From a marine bacterium B5-7 (lineage in GTDB: Bacteria > Pseudomonadota > Gammaproteobacteria > Arenicellales > CAJQKF01): 64,000 bases of DNA. Each line of letters starts with the position of its first letter. The first letter of the stretch is position 1. The notes under the pieces are model-generated. The model ran no database searches. It saw nothing but the letters and a program-made list of their open reading frames with translations, and was not told the origin of the DNA. The stretch spans positions 9,950 through 73,949 of the forward strand of contig BQJD01000007.1 of NCBI GenBank assembly GCA_021604525.1. Reading direction: 5' to 3'. This document shows positions 1-10,001 of this stretch, one piece after another. The position numbers and the translations under genes are program-made.

Positions 1-357
1 TTTTCAGAACGATCATTGACTGACACTTTTTACAGCTTCATAATCATGCCCATGGGGTTGCGAGCACCCCGTGAGGCGCCAGCCGAAGATTCGCATCCAA
101 TGAAACCTGATCAATCCAGGGAGGATGCGCATTATGCCGTCGCCAGTAAATATATTTATCGCCCTGCCTTTATGCTCGAACTGCAATCCAGATTCATCTG
201 ATTCTGTCGATTCCTGCATCGATGGCCTGAATATCCCTAATCCTGTAATTGACTCATCGTGCTCAATTGCTGCGTTCCATGACACGACATTGACCATCCG
301 CTCTCAACCTTGCTTGAGCGATACACTATTCAGCAAACCCGGCATGGAGCATGCATC

Positions 358-1362
358 ATGAGTGGCAATAAACACACTAATAATTTCACGCCCGGTATGC
401 GTATAGTAAAGCCAATTCCATTCAAGGCCCATAAGGTCAAGACAATGTCAGCGGAGATGATAGAGACACATTTCGAGACTTTTTATGGGGGCGGAGTATG
501 CCGACTAAACGAGATTGAAGAACGCATTGCCACACGGGACTGGATCGAGAATTCAGACCCTGATATCCAGAGTATCAAGCAGGCTGAACTGACTGCATTG
601 AATGATGTGATCTTGCACGAGATCTATTTTGAATGCCTTGGTGACGAAAGTGAAGAAGGTAGAGAACTGAACGCAGATTGTAATTTCGCACACGCGATAA
701 CAGCTTCATTTGGGTCACTTGATCAATGGCAAATGGAGTTCAAGGCATTAGCCGGCACAATGACTGGTGGATCGGGATGGGTGCTGTTGGTCTGGTCGAA
801 GTACGATAATCGCATGATAAACGTAATGGTCAATAATCAGCAGTCACTCCTCTTGGATGCATCATCGATTCTGGCTCTGGACATGTATGCACATGCCTAT
901 CAAAGTGACTTTGGCTCTGATATCGACGCTTACATCTCGGCATTCGTGCAGGCTATCCATTGGGGTCGAGTGGCAAAACGTTTTGATCGACTAATGACTT
1001 TGATTGCAGACGATGACAGAGAGAATTTTCCGCCGAAATCCATATCAGTCGGCGATCTTAAGAAGATGGTCGATGAAGGTGAGGGCAGCACTGTTATTCT
1101 CGACGTGCGTCATGTGGATGATCGTCAACGCTATCGCACGCGAATCATGCAAACACCCTGGCGTGATTCGCATCATGTATCCAGTTGGTCAGATGAACTC
1201 CCTAAAGACAAACCCATTGTTGTTTACTGCATGTATGGGTTCTGGGTGAGCCAGGATGTTGCCTTGGAGTTACGCGAGAAGGGATATGATGCTCGCACCC
1301 TTGAAGGTGGTATCGTATCGTGGCGTGCGATGGGCTATGACTCAACCGATATAGAAAATTAA
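358..1362 (+). CDS. Fe/Mn superoxide dismutase-like domain fused to a C-terminal rhodanese domain
   Basis: ORF 310..1362 starts at TTG, but the ATG at 358 has GGAG 8 nt upstream. The N-terminal ~220 aa align by eye with the canonical FeSOD at 36201..36785 (ETHFETFY, LHEIYFE, GSGWVLLVW, LDMYAHAY) and keep the His/His/Asp/His ligand positions. The C-terminal ~100 aa (VILDVRH...KPIVVYCMYGFW...GGIVSW) look like rhodanese with a loop Cys. Confidence 0.6.
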   Translation: MSGNKHTNNFTPGMRIVKPIPFKAHKVKTMSAEMIETHFETFYGGGVCRLNEIEERIATRDWIENSDPDIQSIKQAELTALNDVILHEIYFECLGDESEEGRELNADCNFAHAITASFGSLDQWQMEFKALAGTMTGGSGWVLLVWSKYDNRMINVMVNNQQSLLLDASSILALDMYAHAYQSDFGSDIDAYISAFVQAIHWGRVAKRFDRLMTLIADDDRENFPPKSISVGDLKKMVDEGEGSTVILDVRHVDDRQRYRTRIMQTPWRDSHHVSSWSDELPKDKPIVVYCMYGFWVSQDVALELREKGYDARTLEGGIVSWRAMGYDSTDIEN

Positions 1363-1466
1363 CATCAAAATCAAATTAATATCGAAAAGATTTTCTTCAT
1401 GTATCTTTACGCTTTGAGTCGCCAGATCGGGTTGTACGTTTATGAATTTAATTCAGTGAAAAGAGG

Positions 1467-2294
1467 ATGTGCATAGTGCCATCGCTCAATGAAATTACTG
1501 TCTCCCAGCTTTCACGCCTGATCGGAACTCACGACTCTCCTGTGATTATCGATCTGCGAGTCGATAAGGATTTTGATCTCAATCCAAAAGTGATTCCATC
1601 AGCCCGTCGGCATTCATTCGAGAACCTGGATTCACTGGCGACACAGCTACGCGCATCGCGCGCGGTTGTTTACTGCAATGAAGGCAAGAAGATCAGTCAG
1701 GGCGCTTGTGCCGTGCTGCACAACCACGGGATTAAAGCTGAATATCTGGTTGGCGGACACGTCGCCTGGAGCGATGCCAGACATCCTCTTGTACCCTATG
1801 TGAAAATCCCGACGACTCAGAACAAAAATCATTCTGTCTGGGTTACCCGGCATCGCCCCAAAATTGATCGCATCGCTTGTCCATGGCTCATTCGACGCTT
1901 TATTGACCCCAATGCCGAATTCCTTTTCGTCACACCAAACTCCATTATGGATATCGCGGAATTATATGAGGCGACGCCGTTTGATATAGAAGATGTGTTC
2001 TGGAGTCATCGAGGCACTCGGTGTACGTTCGATATCATGATAGAAGAGTTTGAACTGAATACCGAACCGTTACTGCAACTTGCAACCATAGTCAGGGGCG
2101 CGGATACTGATCAACTAGCGCTGGCGCCACAGTCTGCAGGACTATTGGCGGCATCACTTGGCCTGTCCCGTATGTACAGGGATGATCTGGAACAGTTGGA
2201 CGCTGGCTTGTTGCTTTACGACGCGTTTTATCGCTGGGCACGGGACGCAACTGATGAAGGTCATGATTGGCCCCTTTCAAAAACCGGACACTAA
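1467..2294 (+). CDS. rhodanese domain fused to ChrB C-terminal (chromate-resistance family) domain
   Basis: 275-aa ORF. The in-frame GTG at 1476 is better spaced from AGAGGA (1462-1467) than the ATG at 1467. The N-terminus (VIIDLR...RAVVYCNEGKKIS...GGHVAW) is rhodanese-like with a loop Cys. The C-terminal half (WVTRHRPKIDRIACPWLIRRFIDPNAEFLF...) matches my recollection of the ChrB C-terminal domain family. Confidence 0.6.
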   Translation: MCIVPSLNEITVSQLSRLIGTHDSPVIIDLRVDKDFDLNPKVIPSARRHSFENLDSLATQLRASRAVVYCNEGKKISQGACAVLHNHGIKAEYLVGGHVAWSDARHPLVPYVKIPTTQNKNHSVWVTRHRPKIDRIACPWLIRRFIDPNAEFLFVTPNSIMDIAELYEATPFDIEDVFWSHRGTRCTFDIMIEEFELNTEPLLQLATIVRGADTDQLALAPQSAGLLAASLGLSRMYRDDLEQLDAGLLLYDAFYRWARDATDEGHDWPLSKTGH

Positions 2295-2504
2295 GATCTG
2301 ACCTGGTCCTGTTGAGCATTAATCGTTAAAGCCAATCACTGCCAGGAACATGCCCATAACCAGCGAACTACCAATAAAGTATCATCTAAATCGGTGAATC
2401 AAACTGCGCTCAGGCACGCTACATTCCCACCGAGTGGCGTACACTCCGTACGCTAACATCCAATTAATAATTTCATCAGCGAGTACCCGGAGATAGACTT
2501 AAAT

Positions 2505-3272
2505 ATGTGCCGTATTGCCACGTATATCGGTCCAACCATTCCACTTCAGAACATCATTACCGGACCCAAACATTCATTGCTTTCACAAAGCCGTGATGCG
2601 GTGGAATCGAAAGTGAATCTAAACGGCGACGGGTTCGGTATTGCGTGGTATGGACAGTTAAATGAACCGGGTCTTTATCGGGAGATTTTGCCTGCCTGGT
2701 CCGATGAGAATCTCAAGAACCTGTGCCGGATGATGCAATCACACCTGTTTATTGCACATGTTCGCGCTTCCACTATCGGTGAAACCATGAGGGTTAATTG
2801 CCATCCTTTCACGTTAGGCAAGTGGAGCTTCGCACACAATGGCCAGATAGGTGGATTCCCTCTCATGCAAAGGGAAATGGAAAGTCTTCTGCCTGATGAT
2901 CTTTATCTTGCGCGGCGGGGTACTACTGATTCCGAGATCCTGTTCCTCATGTTGATTCACGAAGGCCTGGAGCAATGCCCGATATCAGCATGTCGCCGTG
3001 TTATCGATGTCCTCGAGTCAAAACGTTCAGAAAGATCCATTTCTTCTCCATTGCGGCTCACTTTTGTTTTTTCAAACGGCAATAAGTTATTTGGAGTTCG
3101 ATATGCATCTGATCAATTCAGCCCCACCTTGTATCGCTCGAAATGTCTCGATAATGGCGGAATATCCCTGGCATCCGAGCCGCTTGATGGGGATGCCGAA
3201 AACTGGATCATGCTGAATCCATCGACAATGATTGAAATTGATTCCACCGATTTTCAGATACGGGATCTATAA
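2505..3272 (+). CDS. class II (Ntn-type) glutamine amidotransferase, EgtC/YafJ-like
   Basis: Starts MCR, giving a Cys2 nucleophile after Met removal. Motifs NLNGDGFGIAWY, HVRASTIG...NCHPF, AHNGQI and TDSE are present. Confidence 0.8.
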   Translation: MCRIATYIGPTIPLQNIITGPKHSLLSQSRDAVESKVNLNGDGFGIAWYGQLNEPGLYREILPAWSDENLKNLCRMMQSHLFIAHVRASTIGETMRVNCHPFTLGKWSFAHNGQIGGFPLMQREMESLLPDDLYLARRGTTDSEILFLMLIHEGLEQCPISACRRVIDVLESKRSERSISSPLRLTFVFSNGNKLFGVRYASDQFSPTLYRSKCLDNGGISLASEPLDGDAENWIMLNPSTMIEIDSTDFQIRDL

Positions 3273-3296
3273 GCGGAAAATATTTCCTGCCCCGCC

Positions 3297-4163
3297 ATGA
3301 AACCAGGTGATGTTTTTTGGGCTTTGACTGCCGCACTAATCTGGGGAGCGACATTTCCCATTTCCGCAATCGCCCTTGAAACCACTCCACCCATATTCTT
3401 TGCATTCCTGAGATTTCTGGTCGCAGCGGCATTCATTGTTATCGTTCCGCGACCATCGGTGTCCTGGATCAAACTGATAGCAATCGGTTTATTTCTCGGC
3501 GCAGGACAGTATGGATTCATGTTCGTTTCCATGACCAGGGGTATCTCTGCAGGCCTTGCATCGTTGCTGGTTCACACCCAGGCATTTTTCACCATCATCA
3601 TTGCGATGATCGTTTTCTCGGAGCGTCTCGCACCTCGTCAGTTCGTCGCTTTGATGTTCGCATTCGCAGGCCTTGCATGCCTGGTCATCAACCGTTCTCA
3701 GGCAGGGGCAATGAGCGGTTTGCTACTTGTTCTGATCGCGGCGATTTGTGGAGCTGCGGGTAATAATATTCTGAAATCACTCAAAGGAGTCAACATGCTG
3801 GGCGTTGCCGTGTGGATGAGCATGGTAGTCCCAATACCTCTTTTGATTCTGTCTGCTTTTATTGAAGGCAATGGATCACCATGGTCTCTCATGGCGACCG
3901 TAGGCTGGCCCACTATCGGTGCCCTCGCCTACTCCGCCATACTGGCAACAGTTGTTGTATTTACAATTTGGGGCCGACTTCTAACGACTTACTCCGCCGC
4001 CACGGTCGCACCGTTTTTTCTCCTGGTACCTGTATTCGGGATCAGTCTATCGGCCATGATTTTGGGTGAGACCTTCAATGGTTTGCAAATGCTCGGCGGC
4101 GGCTTGATTTTTACCGGTCTGGTCCTGGCACTTTGGCCCCGAAAAACCATGCGCATCGGGTAG
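3297..4163 (+). CDS. EamA/DMT family transporter (10-TM exporter type)
   Basis: 288 aa, highly hydrophobic with two EamA-like halves (ALIWGATFPI...; AGNNILKSL...). Lies 24 nt downstream of the amidotransferase. Confidence 0.8.
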   Translation: MKPGDVFWALTAALIWGATFPISAIALETTPPIFFAFLRFLVAAAFIVIVPRPSVSWIKLIAIGLFLGAGQYGFMFVSMTRGISAGLASLLVHTQAFFTIIIAMIVFSERLAPRQFVALMFAFAGLACLVINRSQAGAMSGLLLVLIAAICGAAGNNILKSLKGVNMLGVAVWMSMVVPIPLLILSAFIEGNGSPWSLMATVGWPTIGALAYSAILATVVVFTIWGRLLTTYSAATVAPFFLLVPVFGISLSAMILGETFNGLQMLGGGLIFTGLVLALWPRKTMRIG

Positions 4164-4582
4164 GAGCCGGAGTCACATCCGCCGTCACCCCACACCACCG
4201 GGCATACGAATCCCTACCACGGCGGTTCATGAGGCAAATCTGAAATGATGAAACAGATCAAGCAGCGACACTTGGCCGCTTACGATCAAAGAGAGTTTTG
4301 GGGAAGCCCTGATTCATGTGTGAAGCACCGGCATTCCACCACGGACCGCGTCTGTTGGTGTCCGAGATCCACGCACGTTCATCCAACAGACTGTTCGATA
4401 ATATTGGCGATAGCGGGCAGCCTACCATGCGATACCTGTTCGTCAGACCAACGCTTTGCCTGCGGCTTCTTTTAAATTCCACCTCGTAATGACACCTTTG
4501 CCGTGCGGCTAATCATTCCCCCCTGTCGGGCTGATAGAGGCTTTCCACCTCCAAGTGACTGCGTCCTGCCGAGCGCACCATA

Positions 4583-4618
4583 AGAAAAAGCCCCGCCTTC
4601 TTTCAAAGACGGGGCTTG
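4583..4618 (-). terminator. rho-independent terminator of groEL
   Basis: On the minus strand GCCCCGTCTT...AAGGCGGGGC forms a ~10-bp stem with one G-U pair, followed by TTTTTC. It begins ~45 nt after the groEL stop. Confidence 0.8.
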
Positions 4619-4663
4619 ATCTTTATCGCATGATCCCTCCAGGAGGAATCGGCGAGGCGGTGA

Positions 4664-6319
<1,656 letters not shown>

Positions 6320-6377
6320 TCAACAATGCTTTGATATTCAGTCTTTAAATGGACTTGGTGATGATGATCGGTCGGCC

Positions 6378-6668
6378 TTAGCCTTCGATAACACCCATGA
6401 TGTCGTCTTCGCGCATCATGAGCAGTTCTTCGCCATCAACCTTGACCTCAGTTCCTGAGTACTTGCCGAACAGCACCTTGTCGCCAACCTTGACGTCAAG
6501 AGGGCGAAGCTCGCCGTTATCGGTCAACTTGCCATTACCGGCAGCAAGGATTTCGCCTTGCATGGGTTTCTCAGCAGCACTATCAGGAATGACGATGCCA
6601 CCCGGTGACTTGCGCTCATCTTCGAGCCGACGAACCACGACGCGGTCGTGAAGTGGACGAATCTTCAT
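6378..6668 (-). CDS. groES: co-chaperonin GroES (Hsp10)
   Basis: 96 aa, [14 protein letters not shown]..., located 70 nt upstream of groEL. Confidence 0.97.
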   Translation of the reverse strand: MKIRPLHDRVVVRRLEDERKSPGGIVIPDSAAEKPMQGEILAAGNGKLTDNGELRPLDVKVGDKVLFGKYSGTEVKVDGEELLMMREDDIMGVIEG

Positions 6669-6728
6669 TCGTTCTCTCCTATAAATTCAAAGGTTTACAT
6701 TACTTGGTTTTGCGAGGAGTACTAATTG

Positions 6729-6755
6729 TTAGCACTCGCCTCGAACGAGTGCTAA
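6729..6755 (-). promoter_or_regulatory. CIRCE operator (HrcA binding site) in the groES leader
   Basis: TTAGCACTC-gcctcgaac-GAGTGCTAA is a perfect match to the CIRCE consensus TTAGCACTC-N9-GAGTGCTAA. It lies 61-87 nt upstream of the groES ATG. Confidence 0.9.
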
Positions 6756-6784
6756 TGATAGGGACGACAAATTCAAAGTCAAGA
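6756..6784 (-). promoter_or_regulatory. heat-shock (sigma32-like) promoter of groES-groEL, also readable as sigma70
   Basis: The minus strand reads tCTTGACt-13 nt-CCCTATCA, compared with the sigma32 consensus CTTGAAA-N13-15-CCCCATNT. The same stretch reads TTGACT-16 nt-TATCAT for sigma70. It directly abuts CIRCE. Confidence 0.6.
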
Positions 6785-6954
6785 CCCTGAAGCCTCAAAT
6801 TGAAAGAGAATTGATTCAATGACCAGAAATAACTGGAACCTGTTTCAAAGCGAACGAAGACCGCCAGGACAAGGCAAACAGGAGAAAAAACGCAGTTTGC
6901 TTGAGCAAATATGTAACACTGTATTGGTGAGTTGCAGCCATTTTGAGACAAGTC

Positions 6955-7410
6955 CTACTTGTCGACCCGGCGAAACTCACCCTCAAGCGTGTTGCCACCC
7001 GGACGTCCCCTGCCACCGTCGGGTGTGCCCTTGGGATTTCCAGCCGCCCTGATAACACCCGCCTTGAGCAGGTAATCGGCAAGGGTGCTGCGCAATGGCG
7101 GCACCAGCAAGGCAAAGCCCGTAAAATCGGTGAAAAAGCCTGGTGTTAGCAAGAGCGCACCGGCAATCAACAAGAATAGTCCCTCAATAAGCTCCCTGGC
7201 GGGTAACTGTCCGTGATCAATGCTGATCTGCACGCGGGTGAGTGCGGCCATGCCCTGCATACGCACCAGCCAGGCGCCGATAACAGCAGTTAGCACAACA
7301 AAAAATATCGTCCAGGCTGCGCCAATTTGCGAACCGATTTCTATCAACAGGTAGATTTCAACAAACGGCACGAGAACGAATAGCAATAAAAGGAATCGAA
7401 ACGGAAACAT
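6955..7410 (-). CDS. fxsA: FxsA family inner-membrane protein
   Basis: 151 aa, MFPFRFLLLLFVLVPFVEIYLLIEIG...LLLTPGFFTDFTGFALLVPPLR. Sits next to groES as in E. coli. Confidence 0.8.
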   Translation of the reverse strand: MFPFRFLLLLFVLVPFVEIYLLIEIGSQIGAAWTIFFVVLTAVIGAWLVRMQGMAALTRVQISIDHGQLPARELIEGLFLLIAGALLLTPGFFTDFTGFALLVPPLRSTLADYLLKAGVIRAAGNPKGTPDGGRGRPGGNTLEGEFRRVDK

Positions 7411-7592
7411 GGCTTGTATTAAATAATGGTTATCGACAGATCAAATTGTGATTCAAATATTATGGAGCGCTTATATTGCCCACTATAATCTGGCACTATC
7501 ATGCACCTCGCGAACCTGGCCTGGTCCGGTATGTCTGTCCCGCTTGAACCGTGACAGAACCAGGTCCCGTCGACAGACATACGAACAAACGA

Positions 7593-9986
7593 ATGAGACA
7601 GCAAATGGCAGCGTTTTCCAGAGAATTATCCAAGTGCCTAATCTGGGTACTTTTGGTGATGTTTACAAGCATTGCCACTGCCCAGGACGAGGAGCTCCTC
7701 GAGCCGGACAAGGCATTCGCATTATCGGTACAGGCAAATTCCGCCAATCATGTAACGGCAACCTGGGATATTGCCGACGGTTACTACATGTATCGCGACA
7801 AATTCCATTTCAAGGCGACCAACGGCGGCATGATCACGGATGTCACCTATCCAAAGGGCAAAATCAAAAGTGACGAATTCTTTGGCGATGTCGAGGTTTA
7901 TGTTCATCAGGCACGCTTTGAACTGGCTCTCGATGCCAATACATCGAACGTATCGTTAACACTCGAAGGCCAGGGATGTAACGAACCGGTCGGAGTCTGC
8001 TATCCACCGCTGATCAAGAATATTGTACTGACGTTGCCAGCAGCCAATGCTGCGTCGGCCACCTCGACCGATGTGAACGCCGTGTTACCCGGACTCACTT
8101 CATCAACACCGTTATCTTCCCCCGTGGCTACACCTGTAAATCCGGCTCTTGAGGGTTTAAGCGGGAATGCGGCCGGCAGTGACGACAGTGTTACTCAACT
8201 TCGCAATCTGCTCGGCAATCTTGACACCGAAGATGAATTCCTGCCGGTTGACGAGGCATTCAAACTGGACCTATCGGCACTTGACGGACGCACTCTCGCA
8301 GCGCAATTCAAGGTCGCCGACGGCTACTACCTGTATCGGGACAAAATCACATTCAAGGTTAACGCGGGTGACGCCCAAACAGGCCAGATTTCCCTACCAC
8401 CCGGCGAACAGAAGAACGACGAATTCTTTGGCCTGATGTCGGTTTATCATAACGATTTCGATGCGACCGTACCGTTGCTGCGAAGCAGTCCGCAGGCAAC
8501 CACCATCAGCCTGACTGCCGGGTACCAGGGGTGTGCTGATAAAGGCATCTGCTACCCACCGGTGACTCGAGAATTCAATATCGACCTGCCCGTCCTGGTT
8601 GCCGCCGCTGAAGCAGCGGAGCCTGCATCCGGCGAAACGGCCGTGCAAGCGAAACAGTCTGGGTCAGCACCTGCAACCGGCTCGAACGATGCGGCAGGCA
8701 GGGCATCCACGAAAAGCCTCATCGGCTATCTGGTCGCTGCCTTTGGCGTGGGTCTGCTGTTGACCTTCACGCCATGCGTGTTGCCGATGATTCCCATCCT
8801 GTCGAGCATTATCGTCGGTCAGGGCGCCTCGGTCACGCATTTGCGCGGCGGCCTGCTGGCATTCATCTACGTACTCGGCACCACGGTCACCTATGCCGCC
8901 ATTGGTTGGGTGGCCGGTGCGACCGGCGATCAGTTACAGGCCTATTTCCAGAATATCTGGGCGATCGGCGCACTTGCCCTTGTTTTCGTGGTGTTATCGC
9001 TGTCGATGTTCGGCCTGTTCAAGATTCAGATGCCATCATTCATCCAAAGCCGGTTGTCACAAAAAAGCGCGGGATTATCCGGTGGCACCGCCGGCATGGT
9101 ATTCGTTCTCGGACTGATGTCGGCGCTGATCGTCGGCGCCTGCGTCTCGCCACTCCTTATCTCGTTACTCGCCATTGCCATCACCCAGGGCGATCCCCTA
9201 CTGGGGGCCCTGATGATGTCAGCCATGTCTTTCGGCATGGGTGTGTTTCTGGTTGCTATCGGCTTCGGGGCCGGTTTCCTGCTACCCCGTGCAGGCGCCT
9301 GGATGGAACGCGTGAACTACGTATTCGGAGTCATGCTACTGGCGGTTGCCATTTATCTGCTGGGAGCCATTCCCGAGGTGCCGGTCTTGTTGCTGTGGTC
9401 TGCGCTGATGATAGTCGTGGCTGTCTATCTCGGCGCAACCCAGTCGATTCCACAAGACTCCGGAGGCTTGAGATATCTGCAAAAGGGGCTCGGCATCATA
9501 TTGCTGGTGTGGGGCGTTGTGGGACTGATCGGCGGATTGATTGGCGGTCGCGATATCATGCATCCGCTGCCGGCAGGAGTTTTCAACCTGGCGCAAACTT
9601 CGTCATCCGAACAACCCATCCATGAAGAACTGTTTGCCAGGGTTGGCTCACCTGCGGAACTGGACGCGGAGTTTGCTGCGGCGCGTGCCGAGGGTCGACA
9701 TGTGATGCTCGATTTCTACGCCGATTGGTGCACCGATTGCATTCGCATGGAGAAGACGACATTTGTCGATCCGCAAGTAAAAAATCTGTTCGACCAATCC
9801 TTTCATCTGGTGCAGGTTGACGTCACCGACCCGAACGATCCCGGCGGCAAGGCGATCAAGCAACGCTATGGCGTGTATGGTCCGCCAGCCATCCTGTTTT
9901 TCAAGGACGGCAATGAAGTACGCGACCTGCGCCTGTACGGCTACCGCGACAAGGACACATTCATCGACATTTTGCGCAAGCTGTAA
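7593..9986 (+). CDS. dsbD: thiol:disulfide interchange protein DsbD with duplicated N-terminal alpha domain
   Basis: ORF 7551..9986 starts at GTG, but the ATG at 7593 yields a signal peptide (...LVMFTSIATAQ). There are two DsbD-alpha-like modules (7707..8009 and 8247..8561). These are followed by a TM core with FTPCVLPMIP and a C-terminal thioredoxin domain with DFYADWCTDC. Confidence 0.85.
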   Translation: MRQQMAAFSRELSKCLIWVLLVMFTSIATAQDEELLEPDKAFALSVQANSANHVTATWDIADGYYMYRDKFHFKATNGGMITDVTYPKGKIKSDEFFGDVEVYVHQARFELALDANTSNVSLTLEGQGCNEPVGVCYPPLIKNIVLTLPAANAASATSTDVNAVLPGLTSSTPLSSPVATPVNPALEGLSGNAAGSDDSVTQLRNLLGNLDTEDEFLPVDEAFKLDLSALDGRTLAAQFKVADGYYLYRDKITFKVNAGDAQTGQISLPPGEQKNDEFFGLMSVYHNDFDATVPLLRSSPQATTISLTAGYQGCADKGICYPPVTREFNIDLPVLVAAAEAAEPASGETAVQAKQSGSAPATGSNDAAGRASTKSLIGYLVAAFGVGLLLTFTPCVLPMIPILSSIIVGQGASVTHLRGGLLAFIYVLGTTVTYAAIGWVAGATGDQLQAYFQNIWAIGALALVFVVLSLSMFGLFKIQMPSFIQSRLSQKSAGLSGGTAGMVFVLGLMSALIVGACVSPLLISLLAIAITQGDPLLGALMMSAMSFGMGVFLVAIGFGAGFLLPRAGAWMERVNYVFGVMLLAVAIYLLGAIPEVPVLLLWSALMIVVAVYLGATQSIPQDSGGLRYLQKGLGIILLVWGVVGLIGGLIGGRDIMHPLPAGVFNLAQTSSSEQPIHEELFARVGSPAELDAEFAAARAEGRHVMLDFYADWCTDCIRMEKTTFVDPQVKNLFDQSFHLVQVDVTDPNDPGGKAIKQRYGVYGPPAILFFKDGNEVRDLRLYGYRDKDTFIDILRKL

Positions 9987-10001
9987 CAGCGGGATCACCT
10001 A

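Noticed and set aside
13-297. 94-aa minus-strand ORF (and an overlapping 78-aa plus ORF at 125..361) at the left edge
   Set aside because: It has no recognisable family and only a weak possible SD (GAGAG), and it mutually overlaps the opposite-strand ORF. It cannot be supported from sequence alone and could equally be promoter region for the SOD-like gene.
4245-4482. Overlapping 76-aa (+) and 74-aa (-) ORFs in the eamA-groEL gap
   Set aside because: They are mutually exclusive and Cys/Arg/His-rich with no motifs or credible SD. The region is treated as non-coding or unknown in the findings instead.
4164-4582. Possible RNase P RNA, tmRNA or tRNA fragment
   Set aside because: There are short resemblances: GGAGGTGGAAAGCC versus GGAGGAAAGUCCGGGC, GGTAGGCTGC, and ACGAATCCC versus a T-loop. 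However, the universally conserved blocks are absent (GGUAAGGGUGAAA and ACAGAACCCGGCUUA for RNase P; the tRNA-like acceptor/T-arm pairing for tmRNA and tRNA).
7487-7501. Sigma54-like TGGCAC...TGCA upstream of dsbD
   Set aside because: The GG-to-GC spacing is 9 nt instead of the required 10, and the TTGC element is incomplete.
7531-7580. 9-bp inverted repeat ATGTCTGTC / GACAGACAT in the dsbD leader
   Set aside because: It is a real repeat, but the 32-nt loop and the absence of a T-run or known operator consensus give no basis for a functional call. It also lies inside the alternative upstream part of the ORF.
8774-9625. 283-aa Arg-rich ORF in an alternative frame of dsbD
   Set aside because: It is an out-of-frame overlap with the DsbD transmembrane core, and its Arg/Gly/His-rich composition is typical of frame-shifted GC-rich sequence.
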